From Lysobacterales bacterium (lineage in GTDB: Bacteria; Pseudomonadota; Gammaproteobacteria; Xanthomonadales; Rhodanobacteraceae), in NCBI GenBank assembly GCA_046347015.1, contig JAXMHA010000005.1:65747-129746 (forward strand): 64,000 nt of DNA. Reading direction: 5' to 3'. Position 1 is the stretch's first letter. Each line of letters starts with the position of its first letter. Below the pieces are notes generated by a model. It was not told where the DNA came from. It did not search any database and was given only the letters and a program-made list of their open reading frames with translations. A program made the translations under genes and the position numbers. Positions 56,295-64,000 of the stretch are shown here, one piece after another.

Positions 56295-57395
56295 TTACTG
56301 TCCCTGGTTCTCGACCTTCAGCTCGGTGCGGCGGTTGCGCGCCCGGCCTTCCTTGGTCTTGTTCGTGTCGATCGGGTTCGACTCGCCGAAGCCCTTGACG
56401 GCGACGATGCGGCTGGCATCGATGCCGTGCGAGGTCAGGTAGTCGTACACGATCTGCGCGCGACGCTCCGACAGCTTCTGGTTGTACGCGTCGGTACCGA
56501 TCGAGTCGGTGTAGCCGTCGAGCTCGACCTTGATCTCCGGGTAGCGGTTCAACGCATCGACCGCCTGGTCGAGGATCGCGATCGAATCCGCCGTCGGAAC
56601 CTGCAGCGTCGGTCCAATGTTCTTCTCACCCGGCTTCGGGCGATCGAACTTGAAGTTGACGCCACGCAGGTCGATGGTCACGTTCTGCGGCGGCGGCGGC
56701 GGCGGCGGCGCAGCCGGCGGCGGCGGCGGGGGAGCGGCCGGCGGGGGCGGCGGCGGCGGCGGGGCCGCGCCGAAGCTGTACACGAGGCCCACGCTCAGGA
56801 TGGCGTCGGTGAATCCGGTCTTTTCCGGAATCATGTAGCCGAGCGCCTGCGCGAGATTGTTCTCGGTGTTGTTGTCATGGTCGTAGCGCGCCGCGATTTC
56901 ACCGCGGATCGCAACACGATCGGACATGTTGTACTGGATGCCCGCGCCAACGGTTGCCATCGGATCCCAACCGCTGTTCGCGAAGCTCTCGCCATGGAGC
57001 AACGCACCCGAGTACGCCGCGTGGCGCAACGCGCCAAGGCCGACCGCGACATACGGACGCCACTGGGCGCCTTCGTCACCGAAGAACCAGCGGGCCGTCG
57101 CGCCGAGGCCGACGCTTTCCCACTCGTGGCCGGAACGCCATGCGTCGCTCTTGAAGTCGGCGTTGTTGATCGTGTACTCGAAATCGAGCGCGAGGTGCGG
57201 ATTGACCCACACGCCGGCACCGATTCCACCCCAGACCGAGGCATCGGTCTTGCGGTCGCTGTCGGGGATGACACCACCGATACGCGGGGCGATATACCAC
57301 GTGCCGGTATCGGCCTTCGCCTGCTGGGCGACGGATAGGCCGCCACCAAGCGCGAGCGCGAGCGCGATCGGCGCATACAGGGCTTTACGATTCAT
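56295..57395 (-). CDS. OmpA-family outer membrane protein (beta-barrel + Pro/Ala hinge + OmpA_C peptidoglycan-binding domain)
   Basis: GAGGAG then ATG 57395: MNRKALYAPIALALALGGGLSVAQQAKA (signal peptide). Hinge PPPPPPPPAAPPPPPPAAPPPPPPP. C-terminus LDGYTDSIGTDAYNQKLSERRAQ...NRRTEL. Confidence 0.9.
   Translation of the reverse strand: MNRKALYAPIALALALGGGLSVAQQAKADTGTWYIAPRIGGVIPDSDRKTDASVWGGIGAGVWVNPHLALDFEYTINNADFKSDAWRSGHEWESVGLGATARWFFGDEGAQWRPYVAVGLGALRHAAYSGALLHGESFANSGWDPMATVGAGIQYNMSDRVAIRGEIAARYDHDNNTENNLAQALGYMIPEKTGFTDAILSVGLVYSFGAAPPPPPPPPAAPPPPPPAAPPPPPPPQNVTIDLRGVNFKFDRPKPGEKNIGPTLQVPTADSIAILDQAVDALNRYPEIKVELDGYTDSIGTDAYNQKLSERRAQIVYDYLTSHGIDASRIVAVKGFGESNPIDTNKTKEGRARNRRTELKVENQGQ
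56687..56766 (-). repeat. (GGC/GCC)n-rich low-complexity tract encoding the OmpA Pro/Ala hinge
   Basis: About 80 nt of near-pure CGG/CGC triplets (cggcggcggcggcggcggcggcgcagccggcggcggcggcggggg...). Confidence 0.85.
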
Positions 57396-57596
57396 TCTGG
57401 AATTCTCCTCGTCGATTGGCTTTCGGGCGCCCGCCCTTCCCCGCGCGGCACGCAAACCGCGCATAGTCTACGCTGGAACGGTGCCAAAAAGAAACAAGCT
57501 CTTAACATCCAGTCACGGCTTTCGGGACCGGTGCGGATTCTAGCGGGGTCCGTGGCGGGCGGCTACCCCAAAGTGAAGCTTCCGTTAAGTCAGCGG

Positions 57597-59042
57597 TCAG
57601 CCAATCGTGAACAATCCCACAAATTGGTCGATTGGCAGCCGATCCAGCCGTTCAGGATCCTGGCAGAGCGCAATGAGCGTGTCGACGTTGTCCCGGGAAA
57701 GCGCGCCCCCGCGCACCGCGTCCCCGAATTTCGCCAGCAACACCGGAATACCCTCGCCTCTTCGCTTGCGATGGCCGATCGGGTAGTCGATCTCGACGCG
57801 GTCGGTTCGGCCGCCGTCATCGAAGAACACCTGCACGGAATTGCCGATGTAGCGTTTGCCGGGATCGAAATAGTCGCGCGTGAAGCCGGGGTTTTCGACC
57901 ACTTCCATCTTCGCGCGCAGCGCGTCGATCCGCGGGTCGGACGCGACGTCATCGGAGTAGTCGCCCGCGGTGAGACGCCCGAAGATCAGCGGTACGGCGA
58001 CCATGTACTGGATGCAGTGGTCACGGTCGGCGTAGTTTGCGAGTGGCCCGGTCTTGTCGATGATCCGCTTGCCCGCTTCCTGCGTCTGGATCTCGATTCG
58101 TGCGATGCGCTCGATCCGGTCTTTGACCTGCGGATGCAGCCGCATTGCGCACTCGACCGCGGTCTGGGCATGGAACTCGGCCGGGAAGCTGATCTTGAAC
58201 AACACGTTTTCCATGACGTAGCTGCCGAACGGGCGTTCGAACTCGAACGGCTTTCCGTTGAACGCGACGTCATTGAAGCCCCAGGTCTTCGCGCTCAGGG
58301 CCGACGGGTAGCTTGGCTCATCCGTGTTGATCGCGTTCAGCGCGTGGATCACCGCGCGGCGGCAAGCGTCACCCGCAGCCCAACTCTTGCGCGGGCCGGT
58401 GTTCGGAGCATGGCGGTAGGTCCGCAGCGATCCATTGTCGATCCAACTGTTCGACACCGCGGTAATGACCTGCTCGCGCGCGCCACCGAGCATCGCGGTC
58501 GCCACTGCCGTGGACGCCAGCCGCACCAGGATCACGTGGTCGAGTCCGACCCGGTTGAACGAATTGCGCAGCGCGTAGCACCCCTGGATCTCGTGAGCCC
58601 GGATTGCACAGTCGAGAACATCGCGGACGGTCCGGGCCTTTCGCCCTGTGCGCGCCTGCCAGTCGGCGACCGCAAGGATCGCGCCGAGATTGTCGGACGG
58701 ATGGCCCCACTCCGCGGCCAGCCACGTGTCGTTGAAGTCGAGCCAGCGGATTTGGGTGCCGATGCAGAACGCGGCCTGGGCGGGATCGAGCTCCAGTGCC
58801 GTGCCAGGGACGCGGGCGCCAGGCGCGAGGGTCGCCCCCGGCACGATCGGCGCGACGTGCTTCACGCACTGCGGGAACTTCATCGCCAGCATTGCGCAGC
58901 CGAGCGAGTCCAGCAACATGAATCGCGCGGTATCGAAGGCTTCCTGCGAGTCGATGCGACGGTCGAGAACATATTCCGCGACGTCGACGAGCGCCTGGTC
59001 AGGCGCTGGACGTTGCGCGGAACGGTGGTCGTGCTGGCCCAT
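57597..59042 (-). CDS. prpD: 2-methylcitrate dehydratase
   Basis: 481 aa with an MmgE/PrpD family pattern throughout (DSLGCAMLAMKFPQC, WGHPSDNLGAILAVAD, DHCIQYMVAVPLIFG). Confidence 0.9.
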   Translation of the reverse strand: MGQHDHRSAQRPAPDQALVDVAEYVLDRRIDSQEAFDTARFMLLDSLGCAMLAMKFPQCVKHVAPIVPGATLAPGARVPGTALELDPAQAAFCIGTQIRWLDFNDTWLAAEWGHPSDNLGAILAVADWQARTGRKARTVRDVLDCAIRAHEIQGCYALRNSFNRVGLDHVILVRLASTAVATAMLGGAREQVITAVSNSWIDNGSLRTYRHAPNTGPRKSWAAGDACRRAVIHALNAINTDEPSYPSALSAKTWGFNDVAFNGKPFEFERPFGSYVMENVLFKISFPAEFHAQTAVECAMRLHPQVKDRIERIARIEIQTQEAGKRIIDKTGPLANYADRDHCIQYMVAVPLIFGRLTAGDYSDDVASDPRIDALRAKMEVVENPGFTRDYFDPGKRYIGNSVQVFFDDGGRTDRVEIDYPIGHRKRRGEGIPVLLAKFGDAVRGGALSRDNVDTLIALCQDPERLDRLPIDQFVGLFTIG

Positions 59043-59207
59043 GTCCGGTGCCCATCCGCAAAAGGTCGATTGTGCCAGAGGCCACGGCGCGGACGTGCAA
59101 TCTCCGCCGGGGACGAATCACCCGATCACGACGGCAGGCAACGTCCCGACCTTGAGTCCGGCCGGCTCCGGCCCGATATCCAGAAGACTTTCCAGAAGGA
59201 GAACCTC

Positions 59208-59831
59208 ATGAAACTGTTCACTTCGCCGGGCGCCTGCTCGATGGGCGTCCACATCGTGCTCGAGTGGACCGGGCAACCGTACACCGCCGAAATCGTCAGC
59301 ACCGAAGAACGTGCGACCCCGGCATTCCGCAAACTCAATCCGGAAGGTGCGGTACCCGTGTTCGAGGATGGCGGCTGGGTACTGACGCAAAACGCCGCGA
59401 TCCTGAACTACCTCGCCGACAAGTTTCCGGCCGCAAGGCTCGGCGGCGACGGGACGCCGAAGAGCCGCGCCGAAGTCAACCACTGGCTGGGTTACCTGAA
59501 CTCGGACGTCCACCCGGCGTTCAAGCCGCTGTTCGGCACGACAGCCTATCTCGGCCCCGAAGTGGCGGAGAGGACGAAACAGCATTCGCGCACCCAGTTG
59601 CGCCACTACTTCGAGCGCCTCGACGCACAGCTCGCCGGCCGTGACTGGCTGGTTGGCTCGCGGTCGATCGCCGATCCATACCTGTTCATCATGCTGCGTT
59701 GGGCAAAGGGGACGAAGGTGGATCTCAAGGGACTCGACAATCTCGCCCGCTTCGAGCGGCACATGCGCGCCGATGCCGCAGTCCAGAAGGTGCTCAAGGC
59801 CGAGGGACTGGATCAGGCCAAGGCAGCCTGA
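59208..59831 (+). CDS. Glutathione S-transferase
   Basis: AGGAGAACCTC then ATG 59208: MKLFTSPGACSMGVHIVLEW...NPEGAVPVFEDGGWVLTQNAAILNYL. Thioredoxin-like N-domain plus helical C-domain. Confidence 0.88.
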   Translation: MKLFTSPGACSMGVHIVLEWTGQPYTAEIVSTEERATPAFRKLNPEGAVPVFEDGGWVLTQNAAILNYLADKFPAARLGGDGTPKSRAEVNHWLGYLNSDVHPAFKPLFGTTAYLGPEVAERTKQHSRTQLRHYFERLDAQLAGRDWLVGSRSIADPYLFIMLRWAKGTKVDLKGLDNLARFERHMRADAAVQKVLKAEGLDQAKAA

Positions 59832-59952
59832 GTTCGGGCACCCCACCGGAATCCAACGGCGCCAGGAAGCCGCGGGGTGATCCCCGCGGCTTGTGCGCTC
59901 AGCACGTGCCAATCCGTTCCCGGCATCCCCTGCTTACGGGATACTGGCGGGC

Positions 59953-60516
59953 ATGGATGCTTTCGGTTACCTGTCGGTCCTGATCTCGATCATCATCGGC
60001 CTGGCGATCACGCAGATCCTCGCCGGGTTCCGCGGCATCGTGCTGTGGCGATCGCACGTGCGCATGTACTGGCCGGTGCCGGTATGGGCCGGCACGTTGT
60101 TGCTGGTCAACGTGCAAAGCTGGTGGGCAATGTTCTCGTTGCGCGAGGTCGCCACGTGGAGCTTTGCCGCATTTGCCGTCGTGCTGGCGCAGGCGACCGT
60201 GCAATACCTGCTGGCGGCAATCGTGTTTCCGGACTTTTCAGCCGACACCGGAACCAACCTGCGTGAACACTATTGGACGCACACACACTGGTTCTTCGGC
60301 TTGTTCATCGCGCTGTTGGTCTGCAGCCTCGGCAAGACGCTGACCCTGACCGGGCACCTGCCGGCACACGAGGACCTCGTGTTCCACCTCGTCTTCATCG
60401 CGTTGTCGGCGAGCGCGCTCGCCTCGCGCCGCGACGGCTGGCACAAGACGCTCGCCCTGCTCGGCCCGTTCGTGATGCTTGCCTACGTCGTCGCGCTGTT
60501 TGCCCGCTTGCGTTGA
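59953..60516 (+). CDS. Hypothetical inner-membrane protein (about 187 aa, 5-6 TM)
   Basis: ATG 59953: MDAFGYLSVLISIIIGLAITQILAGF.... Hydrophobic helices throughout. Family not recognised. Confidence 0.55.
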   Translation: MDAFGYLSVLISIIIGLAITQILAGFRGIVLWRSHVRMYWPVPVWAGTLLLVNVQSWWAMFSLREVATWSFAAFAVVLAQATVQYLLAAIVFPDFSADTGTNLREHYWTHTHWFFGLFIALLVCSLGKTLTLTGHLPAHEDLVFHLVFIALSASALASRRDGWHKTLALLGPFVMLAYVVALFARLR

Positions 60517-60522
60517 GCGGCG

Positions 60523-61671
60523 TCAGCGCTTGTCCAGCGGCACGAACTTGAGATTCTCCGGACCGGTGTAATTCGCGCTCGGCCGGATGATCTTGCCGTC
60601 CTGCCGCTGTTCGATCACATGCGCCGCCCACCCGGAGGTGCGGGAAATCACGAACACCGGCGTGAACATCGCGGTTGGCACGCCGAGCATGTGGTAGCTG
60701 ACGGCACTGAACCAGTCGAGGTTGGGGAACATCTTCTTGATCTCCCACATCACCTTTTCCAGGCGATCGGCGACATCGAACATCCGCATGTCGTTGCGCG
60801 CTGCCGACAGGTCGCGCGCGACTTCCTTGATCACCTTGTTGCGCGGGTCGCCGGTGGTGTAGACCGGGTGGCCGAAGCCGATGATGACTTCCTTGCTGGC
60901 GACACGCTTGCGGATGTCGGCTTCCGCCTCATCGGGCGAACCATAACGCTGCTGGATCTCGAGCGCCGCTTCGTTCGCACCGCCGTGCTTCGGCCCCCGC
61001 AACGCACCGATCGCGCCCGTGATCGCCGAATACATGTCGGCACCGGTACCGGCGATCACGCGGGCAGCAAAGGTCGACGCGTTGAACTCGTGCTCGGCAT
61101 ACAGGATCAGCGAGGTGTGCATTGCCCGCACTGCACGCGCATCCGGCGGCGTTCCGTGCAGCAGGTGCAGGAAGTGGCCGCCAATCGAGTCGTCATCGGT
61201 TTCGACGTCGATGCGCCGGCCGTTCACCGCGTAGTGGAACCAGTACAACAGGATCGAACCCAGCGACGCCATCAGTCGATCGGCAATCGCGCGCGCACCG
61301 GCGGCATTGTGGTCATCCTTCTCGGGCAACACGCAACCGAGCGCGGAAACAGCGGTGCGCATCACGTCCATGGGATGTGCCGATGCGGGTATCTGCTCCA
61401 GCACGGCCTTGACCGATGACGGAACGCCGCGGACGGCCTTGAGCGCGGTCTTGTATGCCGCAAGTTCCGCCCTGTTCGGCAACTTGCCGTGCACGAGGAG
61501 GTACGCGATCTCCTCGAACTCCGACGTCGTCGCGAAATCGAGGATGTCGTAGCCGCGGTAATGCAGATCGTTGCCGCTGCGCCCGACCGTGCACAGCGCG
61601 GTGTTGCCAGCGGCGACGCCGGACAAGGCGACGGACTTCTTCGGCTTGAAGGGAACAGCGGCTTCGTTCAT
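60523..61671 (-). CDS. prpC: 2-methylcitrate synthase
   Basis: ATG 61671: [30 protein letters not shown]...LHYRGYDI...[19 protein letters not shown] (citrate-synthase family). Confidence 0.9.
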   Translation of the reverse strand: MNEAAVPFKPKKSVALSGVAAGNTALCTVGRSGNDLHYRGYDILDFATTSEFEEIAYLLVHGKLPNRAELAAYKTALKAVRGVPSSVKAVLEQIPASAHPMDVMRTAVSALGCVLPEKDDHNAAGARAIADRLMASLGSILLYWFHYAVNGRRIDVETDDDSIGGHFLHLLHGTPPDARAVRAMHTSLILYAEHEFNASTFAARVIAGTGADMYSAITGAIGALRGPKHGGANEAALEIQQRYGSPDEAEADIRKRVASKEVIIGFGHPVYTTGDPRNKVIKEVARDLSAARNDMRMFDVADRLEKVMWEIKKMFPNLDWFSAVSYHMLGVPTAMFTPVFVISRTSGWAAHVIEQRQDGKIIRPSANYTGPENLKFVPLDKR

Positions 61672-61685
61672 CACGTCGAACCTCG

Positions 61686-62281
61686 TCAATTGTTGAAAAC
61701 TTCGGAATCGGGCAGATGCGGGCAGCGATCGACTTCGTGCACCAGTTGCGCGATCGACTTGTAGCCGACCGGATGGCGGTCGCTGTACAGCCAGCACTCC
61801 CCAAGCGTCGAGCAGTAGCAGATGTCCATCGTCATGCGGCTCGTGGCCGCGTCGCGAAAAACCTGCCAGCGATCCTGGTCGACGACCTTGATGATCCGTA
61901 CTTCCTCTCCGGCGCTGATCACATTCGGATTCAGCGTCGACTGCACGTAGCCATGCGGCGGCATGCCGCCAACGCAGCAAGCACGTTCGACCAGGTCGTC
62001 TGCGGCGTGCCGTCGATGAAAACCTGCGCGGTCTTCACGATCGCCGGACCGACTCCCTTGTTGCCCACGTCGATGGACTTGCCGTCATCGTTGCCGGCGA
62101 GGAGGTAGGGCCACACCTGCGCGCGCACCTGCTGGCGCTGGATGTACGCCGTGTACGCGGATACGCACAACGCCAGCAGACCGACCAGCGCCGCGATGAT
62201 CGCGGCGATTGCGTCCCAGCGGATTCCACGCCCCGCCGCGCCGACATCGGCCTCGCCCGAACCTGGCGACCGTTCCGGCAC
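61686..62281 (-). pseudogene. Hypothetical N-terminally anchored protein wedged between prpB and prpC, either frameshifted near 61950-61975 or two overlapping ORFs
   Basis: GTG 62281: ...IRWDAIAAIIAALVGLLALCVSAYTAYI (TM) ...[17 protein letters not shown] (ORF 61931..62281). It then continues as [33 protein letters not shown]...[18 protein letters not shown]... (ORF 61686..61964). Confidence 0.45.
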
Positions 62282-62286
62282 GTCAC

Positions 62287-63180
62287 TCAGTCCTTGCGAC
62301 CGCCTGCGAACAATTCGTCGAGCTTGTCCTCGTAGGCGTGGTAGCCGAGGAAGTCGTACAACTCCTCGCGCGTCTGCATCCTCGGCACGACGGATTTCTG
62401 CGTGCCTTCGCGGCGCGTGACCTCGTAGAAATTCAGCGCCGCCTTGTTCATCGCGCGATACGCACCGCAGCAGTACAGCGCGATATCCACGTTCGCGGAT
62501 TCCAATTCACTGGTGGTGAAAAACGGCGTCGAACCGAATTCGGTGAGATTCGCCAGGATCGGCACCTTCACCGCGGCCTTGAACTGGCGGTAGTCGTCGA
62601 GCGTCTTCATCGCCTCGGGGAAGATCATGTCCGCGCCGGCCTCGACATAGGCCACGGCGCGCTCGATGGCGCTGTCGATGCCCTCCACTGCGGCTGCGTC
62701 GGTGCGCGCCATCAGCACGAAATCGCGATCGGATTTCGCATCCACCGCTGCCTTCACGCGATCGACCATCTCCTCTTTCGGCACCACTTCCTTGCCGGGG
62801 CGATGGCCACAGCGCTTCTGGCCGACCTGGTCTTCCATGTGCACGGCGGCGACACCGGCGCGCTCGAACGAGCGAATCGTGCGCGCGATGTTGAAGGCCC
62901 CGCCCCAGCCGGTGTCGATGTCGACCAGCAACGGCAGTTGCGTTGCCTCGACAATACGGCGAGCGTCGGTCAGCACGTCCTCCATCGTCGAGATGCCGAG
63001 ATCGGGCATGCCGAGCGAGTTGGCGGCAACACCGCCGCCGGACAGGTACAAAACCCGATAGCCGACGCGCCTGGCCATGAGTCCCGCATACGCGGTGATC
63101 GCCCCGACGATCTGCAAGGGTGATTCAGCGGCGAGCGCGGCGCGAAAGCGGGCGCCCGGGGAAGTGGCGGTTTCGTGCAT
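62287..63180 (-). CDS. prpB: Methylisocitrate lyase
   Basis: 297 aa: [50 protein letters not shown] (PEP mutase/ICL superfamily, PrpB signature KRCGH). Confidence 0.92.
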   Translation of the reverse strand: MHETATSPGARFRAALAAESPLQIVGAITAYAGLMARRVGYRVLYLSGGGVAANSLGMPDLGISTMEDVLTDARRIVEATQLPLLVDIDTGWGGAFNIARTIRSFERAGVAAVHMEDQVGQKRCGHRPGKEVVPKEEMVDRVKAAVDAKSDRDFVLMARTDAAAVEGIDSAIERAVAYVEAGADMIFPEAMKTLDDYRQFKAAVKVPILANLTEFGSTPFFTTSELESANVDIALYCCGAYRAMNKAALNFYEVTRREGTQKSVVPRMQTREELYDFLGYHAYEDKLDELFAGGRKD

Positions 63181-63333
63181 GCGGCCCCCGGAGACGCGGC
63201 AATTTTAGCTGATCCGGACCAGCGGGTCCGGTCGTCGTGTGGTCCGCAACTCATGCCTCACGCGGTTTCGGGGCAGGCAGGTGACCGCATACCAGCCGGT
63301 GACATGAACGTGCTTCGCCCGTAAAGTCGCGCG

Positions 63334-64000
63334 ATGAACCACGCGCACAAGGCCATGACGCTGGCGACGCGGATCCTGTGGGGGCTCGTCGTCGGCGTCG
63401 TCGCTGGCGCCGCGACACTAGCGATCGGCCAGATCTGGCCGGCGGCGCTGGCCGTCATGAAATCCCTGGCCAGCGCCGTGCTCGATCCGTTCGGGCAAAT
63501 CTTCCTGCGGATGCTGTTCTTCGTCGTCGTGCCCCTCGTGTTCGCGTCCCTGGCTTCGGGCGTGGCGCAGCTGGGACGGCTGGATCGGCTCGGACCCCTC
63601 GCGATCCGGACATTCACGTTGTTCTTCGCGAACATGGCCATCGCCGCGGTGATCGGCCTCGCGATGATGAATGCGTTGCAACCCGGCCGTCACCTCGACC
63701 CGACCGCCCAGCAGACGCTGATGGTCGAGTACGGCGGCTCGGCCCGGCAGACGATCGACAGGCACGCGGAGCAACCGAAGATGAGCTTCGGCGTGCTGGT
63801 CGAAATGTTCATGCCGCGCAATCTCGTCGGCGCCGTCGCCGGGACCAGCCGCGCCACGCTCGGCGACGTGCTGCCCCTGATCGTGTTCGCGATCCTGGTC
63901 GGCTGCGCGGCAACGCAACTCGACGCGCGGCGGCGTCGGCGCGTACAGCACGCGCTGGACACGACCACCGAACTGATGACGCGAATCGTCGACTTTGCAT
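63334..64000 (+). CDS. Dicarboxylate/amino acid:cation symporter (DAACS family), N-terminal part (runs off window)
   Basis: Manual translation from ATG 63334 (in-frame TAA at 63322): MNHAHKAMTLATRILWGLVVGVVAG...LDPFGQIFLRMLFFVVVPLVFASLASGVAQLG...LPLIVFAILVG. Open to 64000 and absent from the ORF track because there is no stop. Confidence 0.8.
   Translation, partial: MNHAHKAMTLATRILWGLVVGVVAGAATLAIGQIWPAALAVMKSLASAVLDPFGQIFLRMLFFVVVPLVFASLASGVAQLGRLDRLGPLAIRTFTLFFANMAIAAVIGLAMMNALQPGRHLDPTAQQTLMVEYGGSARQTIDRHAEQPKMSFGVLVEMFMPRNLVGAVAGTSRATLGDVLPLIVFAILVGCAATQLDARRRRRVQHALDTTTELMTRIVDFA

Noticed and set aside
56687-56766. Possible CRISPR array or other interspaced repeat (also looked for window-wide).
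   Set aside because: The only conspicuous repeat is the CGG triplet tract inside ompA. I saw no regularly spaced 25-40-nt direct repeats and no cas genes.

Overview
This is a high-GC (roughly 65-70% by eye) bacterial chromosomal segment. Its gene order is typical of Xanthomonadales/Lysobacterales-like Gammaproteobacteria: mutL-amiB-tsaE-nnr, pcnB-folK-panB-panC..panD, dapA-bamC, gcvR-bcp, ppk-ppx, ppiA-lpxH, folC-dedD-cvpA-purF, trmJ/suhB and prpB-prpC..prpD. I call about 60 protein genes and one tRNA-Glu(CUC). I found no rRNA, no CRISPR array and no transposase, integrase or phage genes. Most of the window is intact housekeeping sequence. The ORF track prints M for GTG and TTG first codons (checked at 2-4 and 7451-7453), so I re-evaluated starts by hand.

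The clear outlier is an 8.6-kb accessory island at 25.8-34.4 kb, between lpxH and a glycosyltransferase cluster. It carries a delta-60-type beta-propeller protein, a Kelch-repeat protein, a DUF1573/FN3-like protein, a Phd/YefM-ParE module, an MNT-HEPN module and two orphan small secreted proteins. As assembled, every one of these genes needs +/-1 frame switches to be read, about two dozen in total by manual translation. The roughly 55 kb of flanking sequence needs only two. The island also contains the lowest-GC stretches of the window.

Secondary points of interest:
- A GtrB-like GT2 + DUF2304 + GT4 + polytopic membrane protein cluster.
- A translationally coupled DUF2235-DUF455-membrane-membrane operon downstream of purF.
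- A DUF1800-DUF1501-cupredoxin operon.
- A mosaic prp locus.
- A recurring [IV][FY]x[DN]G[FY][DE] motif in secreted proteins.
- A promoter-plus-terminator unit in the panC-panD spacer.

All calls come from manual translation and remembered family signatures. No database search was run.
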